The notes under the pieces: model-generated
What the model saw: only the letters and a program-made list of their open reading frames with translations
Told to the model about the DNA's origin: nothing
Databases searched by the model: none
Shown here: positions 1-6,925 of the stretch, in pieces
Layout: each line of letters begins with the position of its first letter
Numbering within the stretch: the first letter of the stretch is position 1
IMG/VR virus record: IMGVR_UViG_3300049170_000040
Span: 1-45,225 of that record
DNA: 45,225 nucleotides
DNA from: a virus
Taxonomy: Duplodnaviria > Caudoviricetes
Strand: one strand, 5' to 3'
Translations under genes and position numbers: made by a program

Positions 1-9
1 TCCGGTTCT

Positions 10-33
10 GATTCTCCCCAGATTCTCCCCAGC
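10..33. repeat. tandem GATTCTCCCCA repeats, putative integrase arm-type sites
   Basis: GATTCTCCCCA at 10-20 and 21-31; ATTCTCCCCAGC (22-33) recurs exactly at 273-284 on the other side of the core. Confidence 0.65.
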
Positions 34-49
34 GGGGATTTCGATCAAG

Positions 50-87
50 AAAAAACCCCTTAAGTCCCAGGTCAGAGACTTAAGGGG
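50..87 (-). terminator. intrinsic terminator directly 3' of the rnpB fragment
   Basis: 11-bp perfect stem CCCCTTAAGTC (56-66)/GACTTAAGGGG (77-87); the A-run at 50-55 gives a U-tail on the minus strand. Confidence 0.8.
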
Positions 88-118
88 CAGACGAGTCGGG
101 CTGTACGCCGGGTTCTGT
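88..118 (-). other. att core = duplicated 3' end of RNase P RNA (rnpB); attP-like site
   Basis: Minus strand reads ACAGAACCCGGCGTACAGCCCGACTCGTCTG, matching the conserved bacterial RNase P RNA 3' segment (ACAGAACCCGGC..ACAG plus P1 3' strand). Sequence beyond 119 does not continue as rnpB, so this is a fragment only. Confidence 0.8.
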
Positions 119-149
119 ACCCCGGGATTTCTCCACCTGCAACTGAAGG

Positions 150-176
150 CGCGAGGGCCGACCGCCCTCGCGTTTT
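150..176 (+). terminator. hairpin with T-run
   Basis: CGCGAGGGC/GCCCTCGCG stem followed by TTTT. Confidence 0.5.
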
Positions 177-240
177 CCCTGGTCCGACCTGTTCCGATGA
201 GTTCCGACTGAGGGTTGATGTGGGGTCGATCTGTTCCGAT

Positions 241-292
241 CTCCTCCTCCCCGAACACTCCCCACTCCCCCAATTCTCCCCAGCTGCCCCCC
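241..292. repeat. second arm: CTCCCC(A) repeats including ATTCTCCCCAGC
   Basis: Several CTCCCC units plus an exact 12-bp copy (273-284) of the left-arm repeat. Confidence 0.6.
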
Positions 293-369
293 AGCCAAGG
301 CCCTCATCCGGCATGTCTACAGGCCTCCTCGAACTCTGTCTGGCAATCGACCCGGGGCTGTCTACAGCG

Positions 370-744
370 CTACGCGCCGAGACTGCCGGGCTGGTAGGAC
401 AGCCCCTTGCGCTCGGCGAAGCGGCGACGCTCCTCCTCTAGGCTCAGAACGCAGCTGCCGCATGCACACAGCTCGTACCTGTCCCCCCGCGGCGTGACGA
501 TCTCGTCGATGCGAGTCGCGAAAACTTGGGACTCCCCGCAGCGGAAGCACGATCCGATGGCCCACGAGTAGTGGGCCAGGATTGCGTCAGGGGTCATTAC
601 CGTCTCCGCAGAAGCTGTCATCCCGCGGCCGCTGAGGGCCGTGCCAGTGCCAAGGAGCCGCAGCCGGACGCCGGCGCCGCCCACTCCCTCATGCCCCCTG
701 AGTGCAGCTGCCACGTCGCCGTTCATCCCTTCGAGTGAACACAC
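370..744 (-). CDS. hypothetical Cys-rich (zinc-ribbon-like) protein; start uncertain
   Basis: CFRC...CACGSC motifs in the C-terminal half. Confidence 0.5.
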   Translation of the reverse strand: MCSLEGMNGDVAAALRGHEGVGGAGVRLRLLGTGTALSGRGMTASAETVMTPDAILAHYSWAIGSCFRCGESQVFATRIDEIVTPRGDRYELCACGSCVLSLEEERRRFAERKGLSYQPGSLGA

Positions 745-750
745 GTTCTA
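736..750. promoter_or_regulatory. LexA (SOS) box-like operator
   Basis: GAAC-ACAC-GTTC (737-748) fits the Gram-positive/actinobacterial GAAC-N4-GTTC consensus, at the 5' end of the 370..744 ORF. Confidence 0.55.
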
Positions 751-913
751 TTCACGACGATAGACCCACGGCTACGGCATATGCCAGAGCGTCACAGGGC
801 CAAGCGGATGCGTCACTTCCGGCCATACCCCACCCCTCCGGTTTGAACCATGATCATAAAAAGCCGCAAAGTAGCTGCTGACAAACGATCATGATCCGTC
901 GAGCGTTTGTCGA

Positions 914-1144
914 GTGCCCGCCGACCAGCCCGAATGGATCATCAGCGCCCAGCAGGCGCTAGGGCGGCGGATCCGTGATGCCCGGCTCTATGCCGACCTC
1001 ACCCAAGAGGAACTCGCCCACCGTGCCGAGATCGACCGGTCCACGATCCAGCGCATCGAGGGCGGCCAGAATGACGCCAAATTCAGCCACCTCCTGCGTG
1101 TGGCGCGAGCCCTGAACGTACCCGCGCGCGACCTGCTGCCCTGA
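914..1144 (+). CDS. XRE/Cro-family HTH regulator
   Basis: LGRRIRDARLYADLTQEELAHRAEIDRSTIQRIEGG is a typical HTH_3 pattern. Confidence 0.9.
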   Translation: MPADQPEWIISAQQALGRRIRDARLYADLTQEELAHRAEIDRSTIQRIEGGQNDAKFSHLLRVARALNVPARDLLP

Positions 1145-1386
1145 TCAAGGGCATGACGTAGGTGTCGCACGGAGGTGGTCGTTGGCTACCGTCCGTGCGG
1201 AACTCGTCACGAGTGTGGCTGAAAGATGAGCGTCGCGGAAGAGTGGGCTCCGCATTTATGAGCTTCCGACAACACTTCGAGCCTCAACCGCGAGGTCGCC
1301 GCATGCAACTCTCCAAGCGGGCCACGTGGCCGACCCCACGCCCGAGAGGTGCCAGGTCTGTCAGACCCCACCCATACCCTGGATGC

Positions 1387-1566
1387 ATGTCCGAGTCGCA
1401 CAGAGAGACCCCAAGTCCCAAGGCGCTGAACGAAGCGATCCGCACCCTGTGGACCCGCGCCGGCGAGGAGCAGCGCTCCCTGACGGCAGACGAGCAGCGG
1501 ATCTACCGAGTGCTTGTGGCGGCATGGGCCGAGGCGCAGCAGGGCGACCAGGGCCTCGCCGCTTAG
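1387..1566 (+). CDS. small hypothetical protein (MSESHRE...)
   Basis: 3' part of ORF 1162..1566 has protein-like composition and sits 9 bp from the next ORF. Confidence 0.55.
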   Translation: MSESHRETPSPKALNEAIRTLWTRAGEEQRSLTADEQRIYRVLVAAWAEAQQGDQGLAA

Positions 1567-1575
1567 GATCCGGCC

Positions 1576-1809
1576 GTGGCCATCGAACTCTCTGACGAAC
1601 TGATCCAATTGCAGCGCGAAGCCGTGGAGGCGCAGCGCATCTCCACGGCCGGCGCGTACAGCGCGGAGGCGTGGCGGCCCTGGCGTGAGGCTGCCGAACG
1701 GCTCCACGCCGCCGTGACTGAGCACGCGAAGGCGACCGGGGCGAACCGCTTCGAGGTCGAGGCCGCGCTGAAGCGGGCCGTGCTGCACCCCGAGCCTGAC
1801 GAGGGCTGA
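1576..1809 (+). CDS. hypothetical helical protein
   Basis: RBS-like AGGA before GTG; protein-like composition. Confidence 0.65.
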   Translation: MAIELSDELIQLQREAVEAQRISTAGAYSAEAWRPWREAAERLHAAVTEHAKATGANRFEVEAALKRAVLHPEPDEG

Positions 1810-1909
1810 CTGCCCGAATGCGTCCCGCCCGTCGGGCGCTGTCCCCGAGTGGGGTCCGACGGGCGGGTCCGAGTGCGCTGCAGCCAGCAAGCGCGGATGG
1901 GATCCCATC

Positions 1910-1931
1910 ACTGTACGAGGGGGCGCTGACA
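1910..1931 (-). promoter_or_regulatory. PafBC/RecA-NDp-type DNA-damage promoter motif
   Basis: Minus strand TGTCAG-cgccccctcg(10 nt)-TACAGT matches TGTCRG-N10-TANNNT. Confidence 0.6.
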
Positions 1932-1980
1932 GTCCCGGGTGGCTGGCGCTGCGAATTCGAACAGACGTAGCATTCGAGCC

Positions 1981-2370
1981 ATGAGCTCCATGTCCATCTC
2001 CGAGCGCCTCGAGAAGCAGCGCACCGTCCTGACGTGGCTGGAGTACCAGGCCGCGCAGACCCGCAAGGCGATCCGCCAGCTCGAAGCCGAGGAGAAGGAG
2101 GAAGAGCGGCGGCGGGCCGTGGCGCGCGCGGAGATGTCGTGGAAGGTCCTGCCCTCGCGGGCGGTGGAGGGGCAACCGATGCTGCACCGCGGGAACTGCC
2201 GCGTCGACCCGCGCCAGACTGGCCTCCTGTCGTCCGACGAGGTCTTCGTTGCACTGAGGGAGTTCCCGGCCATGGAGATGTGCGAGATCTGCAACGTGTT
2301 CAGCAGCCTCTCCCAGTTCGGGATCGAGAAGCCGCGGCCCCGGCGGCTGCCCGGCGGCGGGACGCCCTAG
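1981..2370 (+). CDS. DUF6233-like protein (coiled coil plus His/Cys domain)
   Basis: LHRGNC...CEIC motif; TAGCAT -10-like element 7 nt before ATG 1981 suggests a leaderless start. Confidence 0.55.
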   Translation: MSSMSISERLEKQRTVLTWLEYQAAQTRKAIRQLEAEEKEEERRRAVARAEMSWKVLPSRAVEGQPMLHRGNCRVDPRQTGLLSSDEVFVALREFPAMEMCEICNVFSSLSQFGIEKPRPRRLPGGGTP

Positions 2371-3293
2371 GAAGCCCGCTTCTTCGTGGCCTTCTTCGCC
2401 GTGGTCTTCTTGGCGGCCGTCTTCTTCGCGGGCTCCTTCTTCTTGGCCGCGGCCTTCTTCTTCGGCGCCGGCATCTGGTGGACGGTGGCGTCCTCGCCCG
2501 TCTCGCCGCGGGCTTCCTTCGCCTTGGCGACGGACTCCTCCAGCGCGGCCATGAGGTCCATGACCTTCCCGGCCGGCGCCTCCTCGCCCTCCGGGGCCTT
2601 CGGCTGACGGTGCTCGGCCTTCGCGTCGATGACCTCGGCCAGCGCCTCGCGGTAGTGGTCGACCAGCTCCAGGTCGTCGAGGCGGTCGACCGACATGGTC
2701 TCCAGGAGCGCGAGCGCGCCCTCGATCTCCTGCTCGGTGAGCGGGGTCTCGTCGGGGCGGAGCTCGTCCGGGGACCTCACTTCGTCGTCCCAGCGCATCG
2801 CGTGCAGCAGCAGCGCGTCGCCGTAGGGGCGGAGCAGGCCGAGACGCTCCCGGCCGCGGAGGGCGAACTTCGCCACGGCCACCTTCTCGTTCCTGCCGAG
2901 CGCCTGCCGGAGGAGCGTGTACGGCTTGGCTGCGACCTGGCCGTCGGCGCTGAGGTAGTAGGACGCCTCGCCGATGTGCCGGCGGTCGATGGAGTCCCAC
3001 GGGACGAACGAGACGATGTCGATCGCTTTCGCGGTCGGCAGCGGCAGGCCGGCGAGGTCGTCGTCGGTGATGGGGATGACGTTGTCCTTGGAGATCTCGT
3101 AGCCCTTGCCGATCTCGTCCTGGTGCAGTTCCTCGCCGTCGATCTCACACACCTTGCGGTAGCGGATGCGGCCGCCGTCCTTCACGTGGACCTGGTTGAA
3201 GGAGATCGCGTGCGACTCGGTGGCCGGCTCCAGCTTGATCGGCACGGTGACCAACCCGAAGCTGATCGCGCCGGACCAGATGTGGCGGGGCAT
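2367..3293 (-). CDS. ku: prokaryotic Ku (NHEJ DNA end-binding protein) with Lys/Ala-rich tail
   Basis: MPRHIWSGAISFGLVTVPIKL, GRIRYRKVC, IGKGYE, DLMAALEES signatures; KKTAAKK C-terminal tail. Confidence 0.95.
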   Translation of the reverse strand: MPRHIWSGAISFGLVTVPIKLEPATESHAISFNQVHVKDGGRIRYRKVCEIDGEELHQDEIGKGYEISKDNVIPITDDDLAGLPLPTAKAIDIVSFVPWDSIDRRHIGEASYYLSADGQVAAKPYTLLRQALGRNEKVAVAKFALRGRERLGLLRPYGDALLLHAMRWDDEVRSPDELRPDETPLTEQEIEGALALLETMSVDRLDDLELVDHYREALAEVIDAKAEHRQPKAPEGEEAPAGKVMDLMAALEESVAKAKEARGETGEDATVHQMPAPKKKAAAKKKEPAKKTAAKKTTAKKATKKRAS

Positions 3294-3641
3294 GCAGACC
3301 TCCCAGGCACCCCCCTGGGGACGGAATCCCACACTATGCAGGCCCTGGCTGTGATCGCACGCCTGGATGTTCCTGAGGCTGACAGCACAGCGCGGCCCCG
3401 CCTGCTCAGCGGCGGGCGGGGCCGTAACTGGTCCCCCGACGGGGGTGGCGGGGAGGCCGGCCCCCACAGCATGCACCTGAATCCGGCCAGTCGGGTAGAT
3501 GCTGCGGCTGAAAAAGAATGATCGTGCACGGGGACTGACAGAGGGGCGCCCGCGTCGTAACTTGACAGAGCGGTCGCCGATTGTTTGCAGCGACCCGCAA
3601 GGGCGCGGGGAGTACCCCGCGTCGGCGACCGCACCAGACAC

Positions 3642-3676
3642 CGAAGGCCCCTCCAGGCGGAGGGGCCTTCGTCGTT
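3642..3676. terminator. intrinsic terminator hairpin
   Basis: 13-bp perfect stem CGAAGGCCCCTCC/GGAGGGGCCTTCG. Confidence 0.7.
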
Positions 3677-3772
3677 CCTGTCAGCGAGACCAGCGCATAA
3701 CGTTCCCCTAAGCGCTGCGAGCACCCGGCCCGCGCTACACTCGCGGCTTTCGGACCACGCGGAGGAACGGCC

Positions 3773-3982
3773 ATGGAGTCAAGTCCCGACAAGCCCTGGC
3801 GAGTCACCGCCTTCGGAAGGGACGGAGGCCAGACATCGCTCGACTGCACGAGCGAGGACGATGCACAGTTGACCCTACGCGGGTTCCTGTTTGATACCAC
3901 CGCTGAACGCGCTCGCGTGGAGGAGTGGGAAGACGGTCGCTGGCGGCCGCATGAAACCCTCACCAAGCAGGACCTGCTGTGA
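3773..3982 (+). CDS. small hypothetical protein
   Basis: GGAGGAA RBS; TACACT -10-like element upstream; followed by a hairpin. Confidence 0.7.
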   Translation: MESSPDKPWRVTAFGRDGGQTSLDCTSEDDAQLTLRGFLFDTTAERARVEEWEDGRWRPHETLTKQDLL

Positions 3983-3997
3983 CAGGACGTGCGACCG

Positions 3998-4019
3998 GCC
4001 CCGCCTCCTAGGGCGGGGC
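3998..4019. terminator. bidirectional terminator between convergent genes
   Basis: GCCCCGCC/GGCGGGGC stem. Confidence 0.65.
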
Positions 4020-4031
4020 TTCGTTGTGCGG

Positions 4032-4514
4032 CTACAGCCCGATACCCTCGGACGCTGCATCCGTCCAGGCGTCTTCGTCGCTCTCCTCGCGAGGCAGCTG
4101 CGGTAGGGCGTGCTCGCCCGTCACGGGATTGAGGTAGCGGATCGTTAGGCCAAGGATCCGACTCGGATGCCGTTCGCGGTAGCGCGCGAAGATCGTGTCT
4201 GGGTCCTGGTTGGCCCCTTCGAGAGTGTTGCAAGAGTTGCACAGCCAGCCACGTACAAGCCCTGTCGCGTGATCGTGGTCGCAGACCAGGTCTCTCGCCT
4301 TGCCGCAGATCGCGCAGCGGCCGTCCTGCCACTCCGCGAGGGCGGCGGCGTCGCCGCCGGTGACTGCGTCGGCGGCGCATTCGAGACGCCATAGAACCTG
4401 CGCTTGCCCGGGAGTGCATCCGTTTCGCTCGGCACGCTCAATGAATCGCTGCTTTGCCTCGCCCCCTGGTGGGAGTTGGACGGGCCAGTACCAACAGACT
4501 GGGTTGACTGTCAT
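4032..4514 (-). CDS. endonuclease VII-family (His-Me finger) nuclease
   Basis: CAICG...LVCDHDHATGLVRGWLCNSCN motif; ATGA overlap with the resolvase. Confidence 0.85.
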   Translation of the reverse strand: MTVNPVCWYWPVQLPPGGEAKQRFIERAERNGCTPGQAQVLWRLECAADAVTGGDAAALAEWQDGRCAICGKARDLVCDHDHATGLVRGWLCNSCNTLEGANQDPDTIFARYRERHPSRILGLTIRYLNPVTGEHALPQLPREESDEDAWTDAASEGIGL

Positions 4515-5119
4515 GCCGTCACCTCACTCGCCTGGTCGTGGAGGCGTAGGGCCTGTGAGATGGCGCCGATGCTGGGGTTCTTCCCCTTGCTCTTCCCTTC
4601 GGCGATGCGGAGATGCGGCTGGATCTGGCGGATCGTGAAGCCGCGCTCCCGCAGAGCTGCGGCCTGGATGGTCAGCGCCTCCGTCATCACCGGCTTCCGT
4701 CCGCCGACCCGGCCGCGCTTGCGTGCAGCCTCCAGGCCATCCTTTGTCTTCCGCACGATGTCCCGTCGCCGGTCCTCGGCGAGGGCGAGGGCGAGGTCGA
4801 GAATCAGCGACCTCTCCTTGTGCTCGCCGGCCGCGATGCCCTCGAGCACCTTGACTGCGATGCCTCGCTCGAAGAGGTCGTTCAGGACGATGAGCCCTTC
4901 GAGGAGGTTGCGGCCCAGGCGGTCTACCTCCTGAACGCAGAGCATGTCGCCTTCGCGCACGTACTCGATCGCGGCCAACAGGCCGGGGCGTTCCTCGGTC
5001 AGGAGCTTGCCGCTCATCTTCTCTTCGAAGACCTTGATGCAGATCGGCTCAAGAGCGTCGTGCTGCCGCTGGGTGTTCTGCTTGTCGGTGCTGACTCGGA
5101 CCAGACCGACTAGCGCCAT
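4511..5119 (-). CDS. small serine recombinase (resolvase/invertase family)
   Basis: RVSTDKQ catalytic Ser, ERPGL, DRLGRN, GRVGGRK and C-terminal HTH; 202 aa. Confidence 0.92.
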   Translation of the reverse strand: MALVGLVRVSTDKQNTQRQHDALEPICIKVFEEKMSGKLLTEERPGLLAAIEYVREGDMLCVQEVDRLGRNLLEGLIVLNDLFERGIAVKVLEGIAAGEHKERSLILDLALALAEDRRRDIVRKTKDGLEAARKRGRVGGRKPVMTEALTIQAAALRERGFTIRQIQPHLRIAEGKSKGKNPSIGAISQALRLHDQASEVTA

Positions 5120-5131
5120 CCCACTCCCCTT

Positions 5132-5266
5132 CCGTTCAGGAAACGTCTGTCAACGTATCTGAACGCTAGCAGATTGATGAACGGGTTTCTGAACAACTTC
5201 TGCAGCAGTTAGGGAAGTTCGACCTGATCGCCGTTCAGGTTCACATCTCGACCGATTGATGAACAG
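5132..5266. promoter_or_regulatory. res-like multi-site region upstream of resolvase
   Basis: CGTTCAG (5133-39)/CTGAACG (5159-65) inverted pair; CCGTTCAGG repeated at 5132 and 5231; GATTGATGAAC repeated at 5172 and 5254; AT-richer than the flanks. Confidence 0.6.
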
Positions 5267-5272
5267 TCAGGC

Positions 5273-5332
5273 TGTATAGCGCGCTTGACGTCAGGGCGCC
5301 ATGGCTGCAATCTATGTGTAGCGCGCTACACA
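5273..5332 (+). promoter_or_regulatory. promoter with two operator palindromes
   Basis: -35 TTGACG (5285-90), 17 nt, CAATCT. Perfect 18-bp palindrome TGTGTAGCGCGCTACACA (5315-32) and imperfect copy TGTATAGCGCGCTTGACG (5273-90) overlapping the -35. Confidence 0.7.
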
Positions 5333-5358
5333 GGGTGGCGCCGAGAGGGGGCACCGCC

Positions 5359-5745
5359 ATGAACCTCAGCATCGAGCAGATCCAGGACCTCTTCCACGGC
5401 CGCACCAACGAGGTCGACCGCGGCGACGAGTACGACGTCATCAAGCGCGAAGACGTCCTCGCCCTCGTCGACAACTGCGACATCGACACCGACGACGACG
5501 GCACCCCCCTCGACGACCAGTGGGAGATCCTCGCCGAAGCCCTCAGCGACGCCCCCACCGACAGCCCCCGCGAGCGCGCTCTCATCAACGTCGAGGCCGC
5601 GGCTCAGGGTCTGAACAAGGCTGTAGAGGAGCGCGACGCAGCGATCCGCGACGCCCTCAAGGTCGGCGCCTCCGTCATCTCCATCGCCGAACGCGCCGAC
5701 CTCAGCCGCGCACGGATCTACCAGATCCGCGACGGCCGCCGCTGA
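5359..5745 (+). CDS. acidic N-domain plus C-terminal HTH protein (Aca-like / Acr-HTH fusion candidate)
   Basis: GAGAGGGG RBS; very D/E-rich N-half; ASVISIAERADLSRARIYQIR HTH at the C-end. Confidence 0.7.
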   Translation: MNLSIEQIQDLFHGRTNEVDRGDEYDVIKREDVLALVDNCDIDTDDDGTPLDDQWEILAEALSDAPTDSPRERALINVEAAAQGLNKAVEERDAAIRDALKVGASVISIAERADLSRARIYQIRDGRR

Positions 5746-5760
5746 GTCAGAACACCGCAC

Positions 5761-5818
5761 CCACGCCCCTATGGTCAGGGGATGCACCTCTTCTCCCCGC
5801 GTGCGCGGGGATGGCCTA
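5761..5818 (+). CRISPR. two abutting type I-E CRISPR-repeat-like units, no spacer, no cas genes (solitary repeat unit)
   Basis: 5790-5818 CTTCTCCCCGCGTGCGCGGGGATGGCCTA closely matches the 29-nt I-E repeat (N5-CCCCGC-N4-GCGGGG-AT-N6). 5761-5789 CCACG-CCCC-TATGGTCA-GGGG-AT-GCA-CC-T keeps the same geometry. Confidence 0.7.
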
Positions 5819-5866
5819 CGGCAACAGTCGAGGCAGATTCCTCATCAAACGCAAGGGAGAAGTGCC

Positions 5867-6523
5867 ATGGACTCCACATACAAGGTGCTGGCGCGGATCG
5901 ACGCGCCCGCTGGCATGCCCGCGGAGAAGATTCAACGCGAGGTCATGTCCTACCTGTTCGATCACCCCAGCGTCCGCGTGCGCCTGCTGAAGGTCGACAC
6001 CTGGGTCGATGAGCAGCCCGACAACCTCGCCAACGGTTCCGAGGCGTACCTGGCCACGGCCACGATCGACACCCGCAGCGACCTGCCCTGGGAGGATCTT
6101 CACCGCATCCTTGGAGAGCTGATCGGCGACATCGAGCAGCCGTTGGCTGCGCAGGTGCTGAGGATCGATGAGCGGCCTGACGAGATCGACCAGATCATCT
6201 CCGCCTACCAGTCCCACGCCGACGACATGGTCGACACGCACTTCGACGGGACCGGCCCCCGTGAGCCCGAGCAGACCGTCAGCTTCTGGTGGTACAAGCT
6301 GCCTGCCGATCAGAGCGAAGTACCCGTCACTAGCGGAGGCACGTTCCTCGCCAAGCTGCAGGGCGCGGTACATGTCCCGACGCCAGGAGAGAAGGTGAGG
6401 CTGTTTGGCACTCCTCTCAGGGTCACTGATCGCCACACTGCCTACTCCGCCTTCATCGACGAGGATGGGACGAGGCGGACCGAGGTGCGAGTGGACGTCT
6501 ACGTGGATGTGCTCCGGGCCTAG
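5867..6523 (+). CDS. hypothetical protein (anti-defence candidate)
   Basis: AAGGGAG RBS before ATG 5867; no recognisable motif; co-oriented with the HTH gene and the repeats. Confidence 0.7.
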   Translation: MDSTYKVLARIDAPAGMPAEKIQREVMSYLFDHPSVRVRLLKVDTWVDEQPDNLANGSEAYLATATIDTRSDLPWEDLHRILGELIGDIEQPLAAQVLRIDERPDEIDQIISAYQSHADDMVDTHFDGTGPREPEQTVSFWWYKLPADQSEVPVTSGGTFLAKLQGAVHVPTPGEKVRLFGTPLRVTDRHTAYSAFIDEDGTRRTEVRVDVYVDVLRA

Positions 6524-6548
6524 CTCGACGCTCGACTCCTGGCACAGC

Positions 6549-6579
6549 AAAACGCCCCCGCCCAGACGGGCGGGGGCGT
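6549..6579. terminator. terminator ending the late operon (bidirectional)
   Basis: 12-bp stem ACGCCCCCGCCC/GGGCGGGGGCGT with AAAA on the left. Confidence 0.8.
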
Positions 6580-6580
6580 G

Positions 6581-6925
6581 TCACTTGGCTACGGGGTCCT
6601 TCTTCTTGTGCTTGACCCATGTGGTGATGGCCTGGACGGTCGCCGGGTCCAGCTTGGCGAGCGCGGTGACTGCCTGATCGTCGGCCATGGTCTTCGTGAC
6701 GCCGACTTCGGCGAGGGCCGCATCGAGGGCGAGGGCGTTGGCCTGTTCCTCGGGCGGCGGACCTGGGGGCTCGTCCGGTGGGGGCTGGGTCTGCTCCTCG
6801 AGGACGCCCATGTCGACGAGGGTTCCCATGTCGGCGGCAGACGCGTCGATCCGCCGCTGCACGGGCCGCTCGGCCGGGAGTTCGGCAGGCGGCTCCGGTT
6901 GGGCTTCGACTTGCTGGTCGCTCAC
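6581..6925 (-). CDS. hypothetical protein at end of lysis cassette
   Basis: GGAGG RBS before GTG 6925; GTGA overlap with the upstream gene. Confidence 0.6.
   Translation of the reverse strand: MSDQQVEAQPEPPAELPAERPVQRRIDASAADMGTLVDMGVLEEQTQPPPDEPPGPPPEEQANALALDAALAEVGVTKTMADDQAVTALAKLDPATVQAITTWVKHKKKDPVAK

Noticed and set aside
88-500. Intact RNase P RNA gene
   Set aside because: Similarity stops at about 119; the internal conserved rnpB motifs are absent.
1207-3521. Long ORFs 1207..3000(-), 1361..2254(-) and 2034..3521(+)
   Set aside because: Arg/Pro/Gly-rich shadow frames overlapping ku and the small plus-strand genes; expected in high-GC DNA.
3293-3641. N-terminal extension of Ku given by the ORF track
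   Set aside because: Ku homology starts at MPRHIW with a GGAGG RBS; the extension runs through promoter and hairpin DNA.
4511-5119. Phage integrase
   Set aside because: At 202 aa it is resolvase-sized and lacks the recombinase and zinc-ribbon domains of large serine integrases.
5761-5860. Functional CRISPR array
   Set aside because: Only two repeat-like units, no spacer between them, no third repeat about 32 nt downstream, and no cas genes.
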